DNA from: Candidatus Pacearchaeota archaeon
GTDB lineage: Archaea; Nanobdellota; Nanobdellia; Pacearchaeales; GW2011-AR1
Length of the DNA: 64,000 nucleotides
NCBI GenBank assembly: GCA_050124795.1
Contig: JASFEO010000003.1
Location: 15,622-79,621 of the forward strand
Reading direction: 5' to 3'
Made by a program: the position numbers and the translations under genes. The notes below the pieces were generated by a model. It had not been told where the DNA came from and searched no databases. It was given only the letters and a program-made list of their open reading frames with translations. Below, piece after piece: positions 19,236-29,180 of this stretch (the first letter of the stretch is position 1; each line of letters begins with the position of its first letter).

Positions 19236-19398
19236 TTGAATTTTTCTTTAATGTTTCCCAATAAACTGAATAATATTTTCTTTGTTCAGGATAATCCCCA
19301 ATACAAAGATAAACATAGAGGTCGTAAAAATCACGATTGGATAAATCTTTTTTCCATAACTGAAAAGTGTCATAAATTTCTTCCTGAAGTGTTTTCAT
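19219..19398 (-). CDS. hypothetical protein (59 aa, not in ORF track)
   Basis: MKTLQEEIYDTFQLW..DKKE; fills the gap between the protease and HNH genes. Confidence 0.5.
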   Translation of the reverse strand: MKTLQEEIYDTFQLWKKDLSNRDFYDLYVYLCIGDYPEQRKYYSVYWETLKKNSNDKKE

Positions 19399-19399
19399 T

Positions 19400-20110
19400 T
19401 CACAAGTATTTTAGAAAATTTTTAATTGGCTGAAAATAACCCGCCCCCCAGAAACGCAAACCCATAATTCCCACTAATTTTTTGTCTGACATTGAAATCA
19501 CCGGGGTTCCTGAGTCTCCAGGGATTACCCCTATATCAGTTCCAATTGAATTTTCATATCCTTCTCCGCCAGGAATTTTAATTCCATCTAAGTCACTAAT
19601 TTTTCCCATTCGATAATTAAAACCGAGCAATTGAGGATTTCCTATGTCTGCAATTCTCTCTCCAAGATATATGTCCTTCCTTGGTTCTAATGGAAATCTC
19701 GGAACATCTAAATTTTTTGGTAATTTAAAAATTGCTACATCATTTTCATCAAAAATTAATTTTTCAAGTTTAACTCCGTTAATCTTTGTCTCAAATTTAA
19801 GTTTTTCCGGGACTCTATTAATTAATCCAAAAGGGGTGTTTACCGGAACTCCCTTGCTAAAATCAACAATGTGGCCAAGTGTGAAATAAAAATCCTTATA
19901 TACAATCCCCATCCCGTATTGTGTAAGATTCCTATCATAATTATCCATAAAATAATCTACTTTTGTTTCCGACTTAATGACATATTTTTTTAAACTTAAT
20001 AATAATTTGCCTTCATCTAAATCAATTTCGTTTAATAAATTACTTAAATAATTTTTACAACCAATTAATCCTGCAGCCAAGCCTGTGACTAGAAAATGCC
20101 TTCTGTCCAT
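19400..20110 (-). CDS. trypsin-like serine protease with twin-arginine/lipoprotein-like signal
   Basis: MDRRHFLVTGLAAGLIGC; TLGH, DVAIF and PGDSGTP catalytic motifs. Confidence 0.8.
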   Translation of the reverse strand: MDRRHFLVTGLAAGLIGCKNYLSNLLNEIDLDEGKLLLSLKKYVIKSETKVDYFMDNYDRNLTQYGMGIVYKDFYFTLGHIVDFSKGVPVNTPFGLINRVPEKLKFETKINGVKLEKLIFDENDVAIFKLPKNLDVPRFPLEPRKDIYLGERIADIGNPQLLGFNYRMGKISDLDGIKIPGGEGYENSIGTDIGVIPGDSGTPVISMSDKKLVGIMGLRFWGAGYFQPIKNFLKYL

Positions 20111-20209
20111 GGTTAATTAAGGGATTAAAAATTTATATGCCCTTGCTGAGTACAATAATAAGCAAAAAATAAATTATATACTTTTTGGAAAAATAAATAA
20201 ATTATATAG

Positions 20210-21085
20210 TTAGTTTTTCTGGAAGAATTTTTCATTTAAGTTAATTGAAGAAATATCCCTGTAAATGTCTTTTATTAAACTTGCAAGTGGAATAAAAATT
20301 CTCTTCATTTCTTTATTATTTGTTTTGAAAAATTCTTCATTAAATTTTAAACTCTGTTTTTTATAAAGGCATGCATAAATATTGTCAATAATTTTTCTTA
20401 ATTTTTCAAAATCTTTTTTTGAATAATTAATTTTCTGATTGCGAAATAAGATATCTCCAAATGCCTCGAACTTTTTTACCATGTCCAGATAAAAGAAAAC
20501 ATCCTCAATAGAATTTATATGCTCGTTGTTTCTCAAAAAAGGATCTTTTGCACAGGAAAATAAAATTCTTCTTGAAAGAAAATAAAGGCTATCAATTTTG
20601 TCTTCTATTTTTTTTAATCCAAAAGAATCTTTTTCTTCAATTAAATCAACCATTAACTCCAGAAGGTAGATTATTCTTTTAATCATTTTGCGGATGTTTA
20701 CATTAAGCCCCTCAAATAAAAAAGTGATTTCAATTTTTTCTTTTGTTTCATTTGTTATTTCGTATCCTTCAAGATATTTTAATATTTTATTAATTTCAAA
20801 AATTTCTTTTTTCATTTTATCAAATTTAATTATGATTTTTTGAATATTTTTCATATAACAAAAAACAATGAATTCAGAAATATTTTTTATGTCCTTAAGA
20901 TAAATTGTTATTTTTTCTTTTTGTTTTATCCCTGATTCAGAAGTTTTAATTAATAATTCATTGTCTTTAAAATCTTCAATAAATAAGATATTTCCTTCTT
21001 TTAAATTATTTTGAATTACCCATTTTTTAGGTAAAGAAATTGCATAGGTTCTTTTTCCAACAAGCTGTATTTTTCTTGATTCCAT
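20210..21085 (-). CDS. AbrB-PhoU phosphate uptake regulator-like protein
   Basis: RKIQLVGKRTYAISLPKKWV N-terminus, then PhoU-like helices. Confidence 0.8.
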   Translation of the reverse strand: MESRKIQLVGKRTYAISLPKKWVIQNNLKEGNILFIEDFKDNELLIKTSESGIKQKEKITIYLKDIKNISEFIVFCYMKNIQKIIIKFDKMKKEIFEINKILKYLEGYEITNETKEKIEITFLFEGLNVNIRKMIKRIIYLLELMVDLIEEKDSFGLKKIEDKIDSLYFLSRRILFSCAKDPFLRNNEHINSIEDVFFYLDMVKKFEAFGDILFRNQKINYSKKDFEKLRKIIDNIYACLYKKQSLKFNEEFFKTNNKEMKRIFIPLASLIKDIYRDISSINLNEKFFQKN

Positions 21086-21520
21086 AATTATATATTTTGT
21101 AAGAAGGATTATATAATTTATATATTTTTCTAAAACTAAAAATATTAATTTAAATTTTTAATTCTGCAGTTTAAAATCTGAAGAAGTTTTGAAATAAATC
21201 TTTTTCTCAAAATATTCTCAATTCTTTTTTCAGGTCCGATGGCAGATTGATTTTTTTCTGTCATAAAAATATTTTTCAGTTTAACAGAATTATATCCCAA
21301 GCCATAATTTGTTGAAGCAGATAATTTCCTATAGTTGCAAAATCCGCGAAATGCAATCAAATCTGCCGTCATTAAAATCACTGTCTTTTAAATATTCATT
21401 ATATTTTTAATGATTCTTTCATCATGGCGAGACAAAGTTTCACTTTCTAAAAGTTCTGTGTTTTCGCAGGCCGCTCTATAAATTTCAATTCTATCAGAAT
21501 CCTTTAATCCTTTTTTCATT

Positions 21521-21973
21521 TTATATTTTCATAAACAGCCAACTTTTCTCAGGCTTATTCCCATAATGAGTTTTTACTAAAACATATTTTCCTTTTAGTT
21601 TTTTACCAGTTAGTTTTATTTTGATTTCTTTTTTTGTCTTTTTAATTAGTTCATAAGTTCCTTTGTCCCATATTCCAACTTTGCCTGCGCCGTAATTTCC
21701 CTCGGGGATTGTTCCATGAAATTTTGCATATTCAACTGGATGGTCTTCAACTTTTATTGCTAATCTTTTTATTCCTTTAACTTTTGGGGGAATTTTTGGA
21801 ATTGCCCATGATTTTAAAACTCCGTCGTATTCCAATCTTAAGTCATAATGCAAATGTGAGGCTGAATGTTTTTGAATTACATAGATTAATTTCTTTTTTG
21901 TTGATTTTATTTTTGGTTTTGGTTCGCCTGATTTTTTTAAGTTTCTTTTTTGTTTGTAGGTTGTTAGTGTCAT
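21521..21973 (-). CDS. stand-alone LigD 3'-phosphoesterase module
   Basis: YVIQKHSASHLHYDLRLE..LKSWAIPK..RLAIKVEDHP..GNYGAG.V.IWDKG. Confidence 0.92.
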   Translation of the reverse strand: MTLTTYKQKRNLKKSGEPKPKIKSTKKKLIYVIQKHSASHLHYDLRLEYDGVLKSWAIPKIPPKVKGIKRLAIKVEDHPVEYAKFHGTIPEGNYGAGKVGIWDKGTYELIKKTKKEIKIKLTGKKLKGKYVLVKTHYGNKPEKSWLFMKI

Positions 21974-22389
21974 TTTAATTCATTAATTAATTTAATAAAC
22001 TCTAGAATATCCGGGATTAATTCTTCCGACAGAGAATGAAAAACTTGCGCATCATCTAATTTGCCGTATTGATGAGAAATTATATTTCTCATGCCTTTTG
22101 CTTCTTGCAGCCTTTCAGAAAGTTCTTTTGAGATTATTCTTTCGTTTGCAAGAATTTCAAAAACCTGTTTTTCATATTCAGGCTGTTTTAATTTTTTCTC
22201 TTTAATTATAAAAAATGCAACATCAACAACTGCTTCAATTATTTTCTCAAAATATCTCTCGCCGATTGCTTTTATTTTATAATCATTTCTGTAATCTTCA
22301 AAATCTGAAGGCAAAACCGGTTCTAATTCTTCAATAAATTTTTCTATCTCAATAATTTTATCTTTTATTCTATCTTCTTTGTTTTTCAT
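21970..22389 (-). CDS. HEPN/DUF86 RNase toxin (HepT-like)
   Basis: GMRNIISHQY (RX4HXY); downstream of MNT. Confidence 0.88.
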   Translation of the reverse strand: MKNKEDRIKDKIIEIEKFIEELEPVLPSDFEDYRNDYKIKAIGERYFEKIIEAVVDVAFFIIKEKKLKQPEYEKQVFEILANERIISKELSERLQEAKGMRNIISHQYGKLDDAQVFHSLSEELIPDILEFIKLINELK

Positions 22390-22885
22390 TATTAAATAAG
22401 ACTTTATGATTTTTTAAAATTGACTTTTTTACTTTTTCGGGGAGAAAATTAAAAACCTGTATGTCGAGTTTGTCAGGGAGTTTTGCCATCACGCTTCTTC
22501 TGAAATTAAAAGCACCTTTTTTTGTAATTTTATTAAACATAACTGCGATATCAATATCTGATTTTATAGTAATTTCATTTTTCACAACAGAACCAAATAA
22601 GAATATTTTTTTTATTTTTGGTTTTAATGGATGATCCAAGATAACTTCAAGAGCAAGATTGATTAATTTTTTGTTTTCAATTCCTTTTTTCAGGTTAAAA
22701 TCATCTTCAAATTTTGAAAGCTCTTTAATGAATTCTAATTTTTTTCTTATGTCCCTTGACAGCCTGTTTTTTTCAGACTGAGTAAGATTAATTCCATTAA
22801 CCTGTTTTTCAATTATTTTTAATTCCCCTGCCCCGAATATTTTTCTACTCTCCGGGGTTTTTTTAAGAAATTCAATCATTTTCAT
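22370..22885 (-). CDS. minimal nucleotidyltransferase antitoxin (MntA-like)
   Basis: LFGS..SDIDIAV..LDIQVF. Confidence 0.88.
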   Translation of the reverse strand: MKMIEFLKKTPESRKIFGAGELKIIEKQVNGINLTQSEKNRLSRDIRKKLEFIKELSKFEDDFNLKKGIENKKLINLALEVILDHPLKPKIKKIFLFGSVVKNEITIKSDIDIAVMFNKITKKGAFNFRRSVMAKLPDKLDIQVFNFLPEKVKKSILKNHKVLFNNEKQRR

Positions 22886-22925
22886 TGTGGGATAATTAAT
22901 AAAATAATCTATATAAAGGTTATTG

Positions 22926-22943
22926 TAACCATAATTATGGTTA
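22926..22943. promoter_or_regulatory. perfect 18-bp palindrome TAACCATAATTATGGTTA, probable operator
   Basis: Just upstream of the TATA element of the MNT-HEPN pair. Confidence 0.6.
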
Positions 22944-23141
22944 TAGGTTGATAGTTTGCATTAAGCTTGAAATATATTTTCTAAAACAGTAATAATTATA
23001 AAGGCTTGAATATTTAGTAAGCCATGGCTAACAAAGGGGTGCCGGGAGTTCTTGAAGAACTGGTGCATCATGCTGTTTCTTTGATTAAGCCAAATTCAAT
23101 TTATTTTGCTTATAAAAGGAGGGTTTATCCTGCGATTTAAA

Positions 23142-26132
23142 ATGGTAAGGGAGAAAAGAGACCTTATTTATTTAAACCCAAACGAATTAAAATTATTTAA
23201 ATTCTTAAGATTAAATTCTGCTGAAATCTCGAATTGGCCTTCCTTGAAAGATATAACAAAAAAATTTAAGATTCCTGAAAAAAAAGCAAAAAGTTTAATA
23301 TCCTCGTTAAGAAGAACAGATGGAATTACATTATCTTCTGAAACAAAAAAATTAGGAGATGAAATAATAACAAGATATGGTTTAACACCTGAAACTATCG
23401 GGGTCTTAGTTAAATCAGGGGAATCAAATAGTCAAAAGGAATTTAATTATTGCTCATTATATCTTGGAAAACCTTCTTTTGGAACTAAAGCATTTGATGA
23501 AAGATATACAATGAAAGGGCTTGCTTTAGCATTAGAGGTTAATGGATTAGCAAAAGAGATTCAGGAAGTAATTATTCAGGGGGGGATAATCCCGACTGTA
23601 CCTCCTTTTTCTTCTGTAAGTTATTTAACTGCTTTAAAATTTTTAAGCCAAATAGATAGAACCTCCGACAGAAAAAGTATCTCCGAAGAAATGCTTGAAG
23701 AAGAAATAACTACTGAATTTGAAAGAGACTTTTACAATAAATTTGTTAACAATGATAAAAAGAAAAAAATCACCTCCCTTACAGAAGCTTTTAGTGCTGC
23801 AGAAGAACAAATTTCTACGTTAATGAATGCACTCCCCGAAGAGACTGTTTTAAGAATGCAATTAGGTCATGAAGAAAGAGAGAATATCCGTTTTTTAGAA
23901 CAGGCGCAAATTCAAGGATTTGCTAAGAAAAAAACAAAGAGAATTAAAGCAATGAAAGAGGATTTAATTCAGGATAGTGAAATTGCCTACGCAAAGTCAT
24001 ATGGGCTGGCAGCTAAACAATTTATTTTAGAAAAAATTTCTTCTTCAGAAGCATTAAAGAGTAAAATTGGGGAGAAAAAAAGAGATTATATTAAAAGAAT
24101 TGAGAAAAAATTCTTAGACGCTAAAAAGATAGGGGGAAAATTAGATTTAATATGGGGGGGCTATCCTCTTGCAAGAACAAGCGAAGTATCTTTAGAAACA
24201 ATCTGGGAAAAAGCAAAGGAAGAAGCTTTTAGGTATAGCTATCACTGGAGTAAGAGGGATCAAAAAAGGATAGGGATGCAGGCAAAAGAATTAGAAGACG
24301 AACTGGAAAAAATTCCTAAACAAAAAAGGGATTTAGAATCAAGAGTCGAAGATATAGAGGAGACTGAAAGCTGGACAAAACAACTTCTTGGGGGGGATAG
24401 GGCAGCCATAACCTGGTTCACCAGACAATATCCTGTTGATGCAGATTACGCAGAATTCGGATGGAAAAAAGTAAAAGATAAGTTTACTAAACATTTTTTT
24501 AACTGGCACATTTCAAATCCAACAGTTATTCATGTATCCCCCAGAAAAAAAGTTACTCTCGATACAGGGATTGTAACGAATGTAAAAACAAAAGAAAAAG
24601 ATACAGCAGAAGTAGAATACCGAATTCATTCAGATGGAAAAAAGAAAGTAATGATGATTGAAAATATAAATCATATTTCTTCAAATGATATTCCTGCAAA
24701 AGCCATTAATGCTGCAAAACAACTTATGAATTATGAAACTACTGTTTTAAAGAAACTTTATGAAAAAGAGATCAAGATGGTTCAACCAGATATTGTTCTT
24801 TTGGGGGCTCATTTAAGTGGGGGTTTTAGAGCAATGCCTTGGTTTAAAGAATCAGAGCAATTAATTGAAGGAGAGTTTGTTGGTGCACAGGATATTAGTT
24901 GGTTAATTAACCTTCCAACACTCCAATCTATCCCCCATCTGGAATGGCTCACAGCCCATCAATTTAGAAATTGGGATGTTAAAAGATATTTAAAAGGCCC
25001 CTATGCTTCTGCAGCAATTGCCCATATAGAAGATAACGAAGGAGTTAATAAATTTTCCATAATGGATAATGGGTTTTTAGTTGAGGCAGGCAAATTAGCC
25101 GAGCAAATTGAAACATACAGAGATGAATTAAGAGATAAATCCCTTGATAAAGAAACGCGCTCAAAAATTTTTGGATTAATAAAAGAAGCTAAACAAAAAG
25201 TTAAAGCAAATTTCAAAAAAATAGAGGCTGCCGGGGATTTTCACTTAGGTTCTCCGGATCAATGGGAAAGATATAGTAAAGATCAATTAATTAAAGCCGC
25301 CCAATCATATCAAAAAAGAAAAGGTCTTCCAAATATTGTTTGTTATGATGAAATATTAAATGGTGTTGAAGAAAGAATTTTTAAATCTTCTACAAGATAC
25401 CTTGGCGGGATTCCCCAAAAGTTTGAAAGGCAAGTTATTACGCCAATCTTAGAATCTGAAAATCTTTCTAATGAAGAAAAAGCAAGATTGATCGCAAAAG
25501 AGAGCATGGCTAATCTTAGGTCGATACCTATTCATAATATGTCTGATCAAAAAGATGCATTTAGATGGCTGTGCAAACCTTATTTGGATAGAATTCTTGA
25601 AAATAATGGACTTTTAGTTCTTACAAGTGGGAATCATGCAAATCAATCACAGAGATTAGCTGACGAAGCTCAGGAACTTGCAAATCAGTTTGACAAGGAA
25701 TTAATATATGACCGATTCAATAAGCAAGGAAAGATTCATGTTCATTCAGGAAAAGGCAATCCTGTTGGAGTCGGGACAATAAGATTAGGTGGAAATGCTC
25801 AGCAAAAGTTATTCACAATTCATAAAATGCCAGAAAGAATGGATGAAGGTTATGGGGGGGCATTGCATTTAAGAAAAGGGAAAAATGATGCAGATATAAT
25901 TGTATACGGAGATAGACATCATCCTATAGCGTGGTATGCGGATGGACATCTTGGAACTCTTCATCCAGGAATGGAGCCTATTAATACATATGTTCCCTTG
26001 ATAGGAAAGCCTGCAGGAATTCATGGAATTAATAATATTTTTTATGACCCTGATAAAAGAGGGATATACCAAGTAGATTTTATTTTAGATGATGCCCTTG
26101 AAAAGATTATTGAAGCTGAGAATATAATTTAA
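23142..26132 (+). CDS. large protein: N-terminal HTH-like region, coiled coil, C-terminal calcineurin-like metallophosphoesterase
   Basis: AAGDFHLG, CYDEILNG, TSGNH, TIH and YGDRH motifs. Confidence 0.65.
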   Translation: MVREKRDLIYLNPNELKLFKFLRLNSAEISNWPSLKDITKKFKIPEKKAKSLISSLRRTDGITLSSETKKLGDEIITRYGLTPETIGVLVKSGESNSQKEFNYCSLYLGKPSFGTKAFDERYTMKGLALALEVNGLAKEIQEVIIQGGIIPTVPPFSSVSYLTALKFLSQIDRTSDRKSISEEMLEEEITTEFERDFYNKFVNNDKKKKITSLTEAFSAAEEQISTLMNALPEETVLRMQLGHEERENIRFLEQAQIQGFAKKKTKRIKAMKEDLIQDSEIAYAKSYGLAAKQFILEKISSSEALKSKIGEKKRDYIKRIEKKFLDAKKIGGKLDLIWGGYPLARTSEVSLETIWEKAKEEAFRYSYHWSKRDQKRIGMQAKELEDELEKIPKQKRDLESRVEDIEETESWTKQLLGGDRAAITWFTRQYPVDADYAEFGWKKVKDKFTKHFFNWHISNPTVIHVSPRKKVTLDTGIVTNVKTKEKDTAEVEYRIHSDGKKKVMMIENINHISSNDIPAKAINAAKQLMNYETTVLKKLYEKEIKMVQPDIVLLGAHLSGGFRAMPWFKESEQLIEGEFVGAQDISWLINLPTLQSIPHLEWLTAHQFRNWDVKRYLKGPYASAAIAHIEDNEGVNKFSIMDNGFLVEAGKLAEQIETYRDELRDKSLDKETRSKIFGLIKEAKQKVKANFKKIEAAGDFHLGSPDQWERYSKDQLIKAAQSYQKRKGLPNIVCYDEILNGVEERIFKSSTRYLGGIPQKFERQVITPILESENLSNEEKARLIAKESMANLRSIPIHNMSDQKDAFRWLCKPYLDRILENNGLLVLTSGNHANQSQRLADEAQELANQFDKELIYDRFNKQGKIHVHSGKGNPVGVGTIRLGGNAQQKLFTIHKMPERMDEGYGGALHLRKGKNDADIIVYGDRHHPIAWYADGHLGTLHPGMEPINTYVPLIGKPAGIHGINNIFYDPDKRGIYQVDFILDDALEKIIEAENII

Positions 26133-26228
26133 ATGAAAAAACAAATCTACTTAATTTGTCCTGTAAGAGAGATTACTCCTGAGCAAAGAGAATATCTTGA
26201 TAATTATGTAGGGAGCGTATTCTTTTAA
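26133..26228 (+). pseudogene. 5' fragment resembling a nucleoside 2-deoxyribosyltransferase-like protein
   Basis: MKKQIYLICPVREITPEQREYLDNYV, then an early stop. Confidence 0.45.
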
Positions 26229-26650
26229 AACACGTGTCCAAAATAAGGCGAAATGTTTTTGGGCCCATCCTTTTGCGAAAAATCTCTCAGGTTCAATAAT
26301 TAGATAAAAACCCCTTTTGTGCATCCTTTTTCTTATCATGCTCCTTTCACCTAAATTTTTTTTTCTTAGGCTTTTTATAATATCCGGGTTAATAGCATTT
26401 TTCATCAACACTTGAAACATTGTATTCTTTTAGGGCTCGATAGTATCTTTCCCCTTTTGTAACAAAATGAGTTAGGAATACAACATCGTTTTCTGGGGCG
26501 ATAATAGAATCATAAACAGAAAGGCAATTTTATATTTCCAGGATTATTCTTCTTTCTGTCATAAGTTTTGGTTTGTTTTTTCATTTAAAAATATTGTCGG
26601 GGGTTTTGCAATTAATTTTTAAACTAATTTTTCTTTAGAAAAGTGAGGAG

Positions 26651-26878
26651 GTGAAAATGAAAAAGAGATTAAGAAAGAAAAAAATGCAGAAATGTTTTAA
26701 TATGAATTCCAGATGCGGATGTTGCGGCGGAGGAATTTACGGGCTTGGATTTTTAGGTTCAGTAATTTATTACATCTCAACTGCTCAAGGTTTTTGGGTT
26801 GGAGTTTTAGGAATTTTAAAATCAATTGTCTGGCCTGCATTTTTAGTATTTGAAATCATGAAATACTTAGGGATGTAG
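26651..26878 (+). CDS. small two-TM membrane protein
   Basis: GGIYGLGFLGSVIYYI..FWVGVLGILKSIVWPAF; SD GAGGAGGTGA. Confidence 0.75.
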   Translation: MKMKKRLRKKKMQKCFNMNSRCGCCGGGIYGLGFLGSVIYYISTAQGFWVGVLGILKSIVWPAFLVFEIMKYLGM

Positions 26879-27530
26879 AAGAAAAGACTTTGAATTTTTT
26901 TGTCCTATCATCGAAAAAGCTTGTTATGTACTTTGGCGTTTTTGATTTTATTACTTTTTCTAGAATATATTTTGTTTCCGGAAAAATATTAATTTTTTTC
27001 AGTTCATTTGGGCTAACCCATTCTCCGTCCTCAGGCGTATCTTTTGTTGTTGCCCTAAAGAAAAACATTAAAAAATGATTTGTTTGGGAAATAAAATTAT
27101 TAATGCAAAACAGTTTGGGATTTTGGATATCAATTCCTGTTAATTCTTTTGCTCTCTTTTTTGCAGCTTCATAAATATCTTCGAATCTTTTTAATTTCCC
27201 GCTTAAACCGATATAATATTCTTTGAACGGCTCCCATTTCCTTTTCAACAATAAAACTTTATCTCCTTTTTTTACAAATACCGCAACGGATACCATCGGG
27301 AGCAGGTCAAATTCGCTGGCATAACGAAGATAGGGCATTAATGTCTTGCTTTTTTGCGTTAAAGAATAGCCTTTTGTACTTTTAGATAAAAATTTATTTT
27401 TCACAAGATTTTTAATATGATAAGCCAGCTGATTTGATTCTATTCTTAATTTTTTCTTAATTTCACTAAAAGAAGTTAATCCGCCCTCTACTAATGCGAG
27501 TATTTTTCTTTTGTATTCTTCATTTATCAT
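26856..27530 (-). CDS. winged-HTH + NUDIX-like transcriptional regulator
   Basis: SFSEIKK..SNQLAYHIKNL..YSLT; VLLLKR..GKL..AAKKRAKELTG. Confidence 0.8.
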   Translation of the reverse strand: MINEEYKRKILALVEGGLTSFSEIKKKLRIESNQLAYHIKNLVKNKFLSKSTKGYSLTQKSKTLMPYLRYASEFDLLPMVSVAVFVKKGDKVLLLKRKWEPFKEYYIGLSGKLKRFEDIYEAAKKRAKELTGIDIQNPKLFCINNFISQTNHFLMFFFRATTKDTPEDGEWVSPNELKKINIFPETKYILEKVIKSKTPKYITSFFDDRTKKFKVFSSTSLSIS

Positions 27531-27597
27531 AAAATCAATTTAATTTGACTAGATATAAACTTTGCGTTATATATTTTAGAGAACAGTAATATTTATA

Positions 27598-27615
27598 AGT
27601 CAAATCATTTTGACT
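27598..27615. promoter_or_regulatory. inverted repeat AGTCAAA-N4-TTTGACT (second degenerate copy at 27533..27550)
   Basis: Both copies lie just downstream of the TATA boxes of the divergent genes. Confidence 0.65.
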
Positions 27616-27644
27616 CAGATTAAGATGACTTAAGGAGATGAAAT

Positions 27645-28154
27645 ATGGATCTAAAAAAACAACTTAAAAAAGAAGAAACTGCTGAATTAAATAGAAGAAG
27701 GAAAAAAGAGAAAGATATCCTAAGAAAAGAAAGAAATAGATGTATCGAAAATTGGATAGAGGACATAAAAGAATATTCTTTTGACCCATTTAAAGATAAC
27801 GATCAAACTATCATCAAGTCAATATATAAAAATAAAATATCTAGTGGCGATGATAATGAACTGCAAATCCGATTTACTAATACAACAAATTGTTACCAGA
27901 GAGATATGGATAACTGGGAATATTTTTTTCCAAGGGTAAAACATATGTTTCCTGCGAAAGGCGAGGGCATTGCAACTAATAAAATAAATCCAAAAAGGTT
28001 AAGAGAATTTCTCTCAAAAATTGAAGATCGGTTGGAGATTGATATAGAATGGGCAATCGGGCATGATTCATATACGAGTTATACCCTCCAGACAATTATA
28101 ACTGAAGGACTTTACGGACATTGCACATATAATAAGAAAATAGGTAAGAGGTAA
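27645..28154 (+). CDS. hypothetical protein divergent from the regulator
   Basis: SD AAGGAG; 169 aa. Confidence 0.65.
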   Translation: MDLKKQLKKEETAELNRRRKKEKDILRKERNRCIENWIEDIKEYSFDPFKDNDQTIIKSIYKNKISSGDDNELQIRFTNTTNCYQRDMDNWEYFFPRVKHMFPAKGEGIATNKINPKRLREFLSKIEDRLEIDIEWAIGHDSYTSYTLQTIITEGLYGHCTYNKKIGKR

Positions 28155-28185
28155 ATTTATATAAAAATATTTTTAAATAATTTTT

Positions 28186-28686
28186 TTATTTTTTATTTAC
28201 CAACCTTTCTATGAAGAGTCCGCTGATTATTGAAAAAATAAAGATATAAGAAGCAGCAACTATTGTAAATGAAACCCCAAAGTAATATGTCATCGCCGGA
28301 ATGAAAGCTACCTGGATATTTCTGTTATATAAAAAATAAACAATTAATGAATTTTTCATTCCTGCTTTTTTTAGTTCCCCGAGAAGGGGGAAAATTACAT
28401 AGGGCGGCGCGGGAATTAAAAGGCAGGGAAAGAGCGTATAAACCCAGGCTTTGATTCCTGATTTTTCTCCCAAATATTTGCTGATTTTTTCAGGTCTTAA
28501 AAAAATATTTATAAAAAACATAAACCCAAAAACAATTAAAATTAATGGAAAAAGTTTTAGAAACGCTTTGAGAAAATTATCAAATGCAATTTTTGTATAG
28601 TCAGGGTTTACAAAAAAAGAAATTAGATATACAACAACCATCGCAAGAAAGAATAAAGTTGCAAAGCCGATTTTTCTTTTTTTCAT
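28186..28686 (-). CDS. predicted permease subunit (DUF318/ArsP-like half)
   Basis: KYLGEKSGIKAW..PPYVIFPLLGELKKAG. Confidence 0.75.
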   Translation of the reverse strand: MKKRKIGFATLFFLAMVVVYLISFFVNPDYTKIAFDNFLKAFLKLFPLILIVFGFMFFINIFLRPEKISKYLGEKSGIKAWVYTLFPCLLIPAPPYVIFPLLGELKKAGMKNSLIVYFLYNRNIQVAFIPAMTYYFGVSFTIVAASYIFIFSIISGLFIERLVNKK

Positions 28687-28687
28687 T

Positions 28688-29101
28688 TTAATTTAGAAGA
28701 TGCAAAGTTAGGATTGTTAATGTTGAGATGATTATCGCTAAAACAAAGTTAACAGTATTTCTTAGGATTGCAAATTTTTTCCCTAAGAATTTTATTTCAA
28801 GAGGAAGCATCGCAATTCCAACAGTTGTCCATGCGATTACAAAAGCTGCAACAGCGAGAAGACTGACTCCGCTTTTTAATAATTCTCCCCCGGTGATATA
28901 TGCAGTAAAGGGTATCCCGAATGCAATGCTCCCTCCAAGGGCTCCGATTAAAGGATCAAGAAAATAATTTCCCGTAAAAATAAGCGGATAATACTTCTGG
29001 AAAAGAGGATTTAAAATATTCAGAAGCAAAAGAATCCCAAGAATTATCGGGGTTGCCATTTTCAAAACTCTAAAAGTTTTTTTAGCAGATTCTTTTATCA
29101 T
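28688..29101 (-). CDS. predicted permease subunit (DUF318/ArsP-like half)
   Basis: IGALGGSI.FG.P..AY..GGELL..GVS..AF..AWTTVG..LPLE..LGKKFA..RN. Confidence 0.8.
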   Translation of the reverse strand: MIKESAKKTFRVLKMATPIILGILLLLNILNPLFQKYYPLIFTGNYFLDPLIGALGGSIAFGIPFTAYITGGELLKSGVSLLAVAAFVIAWTTVGIAMLPLEIKFLGKKFAILRNTVNFVLAIIISTLTILTLHLLN

Positions 29102-29180
29102 CTAATTTCAAAAGGTCAGGAGTATAAAACTCTTTAGGCAATTTAGGAATATTTTTAATTATCTATTTTATTCTTTATTT

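Noticed and set aside
21145-21519. Two short minus-strand frames downstream of the LigD phosphoesterase gene
   Set aside because: They look like a decayed, frameshifted ORF with no recognisable motif; cannot be assigned.
21521-21973. LigD phosphoesterase as evidence of a complete NHEJ system
   Set aside because: No Ku, ligase or polymerase module nearby; stand-alone phosphoesterases are already known in archaea.
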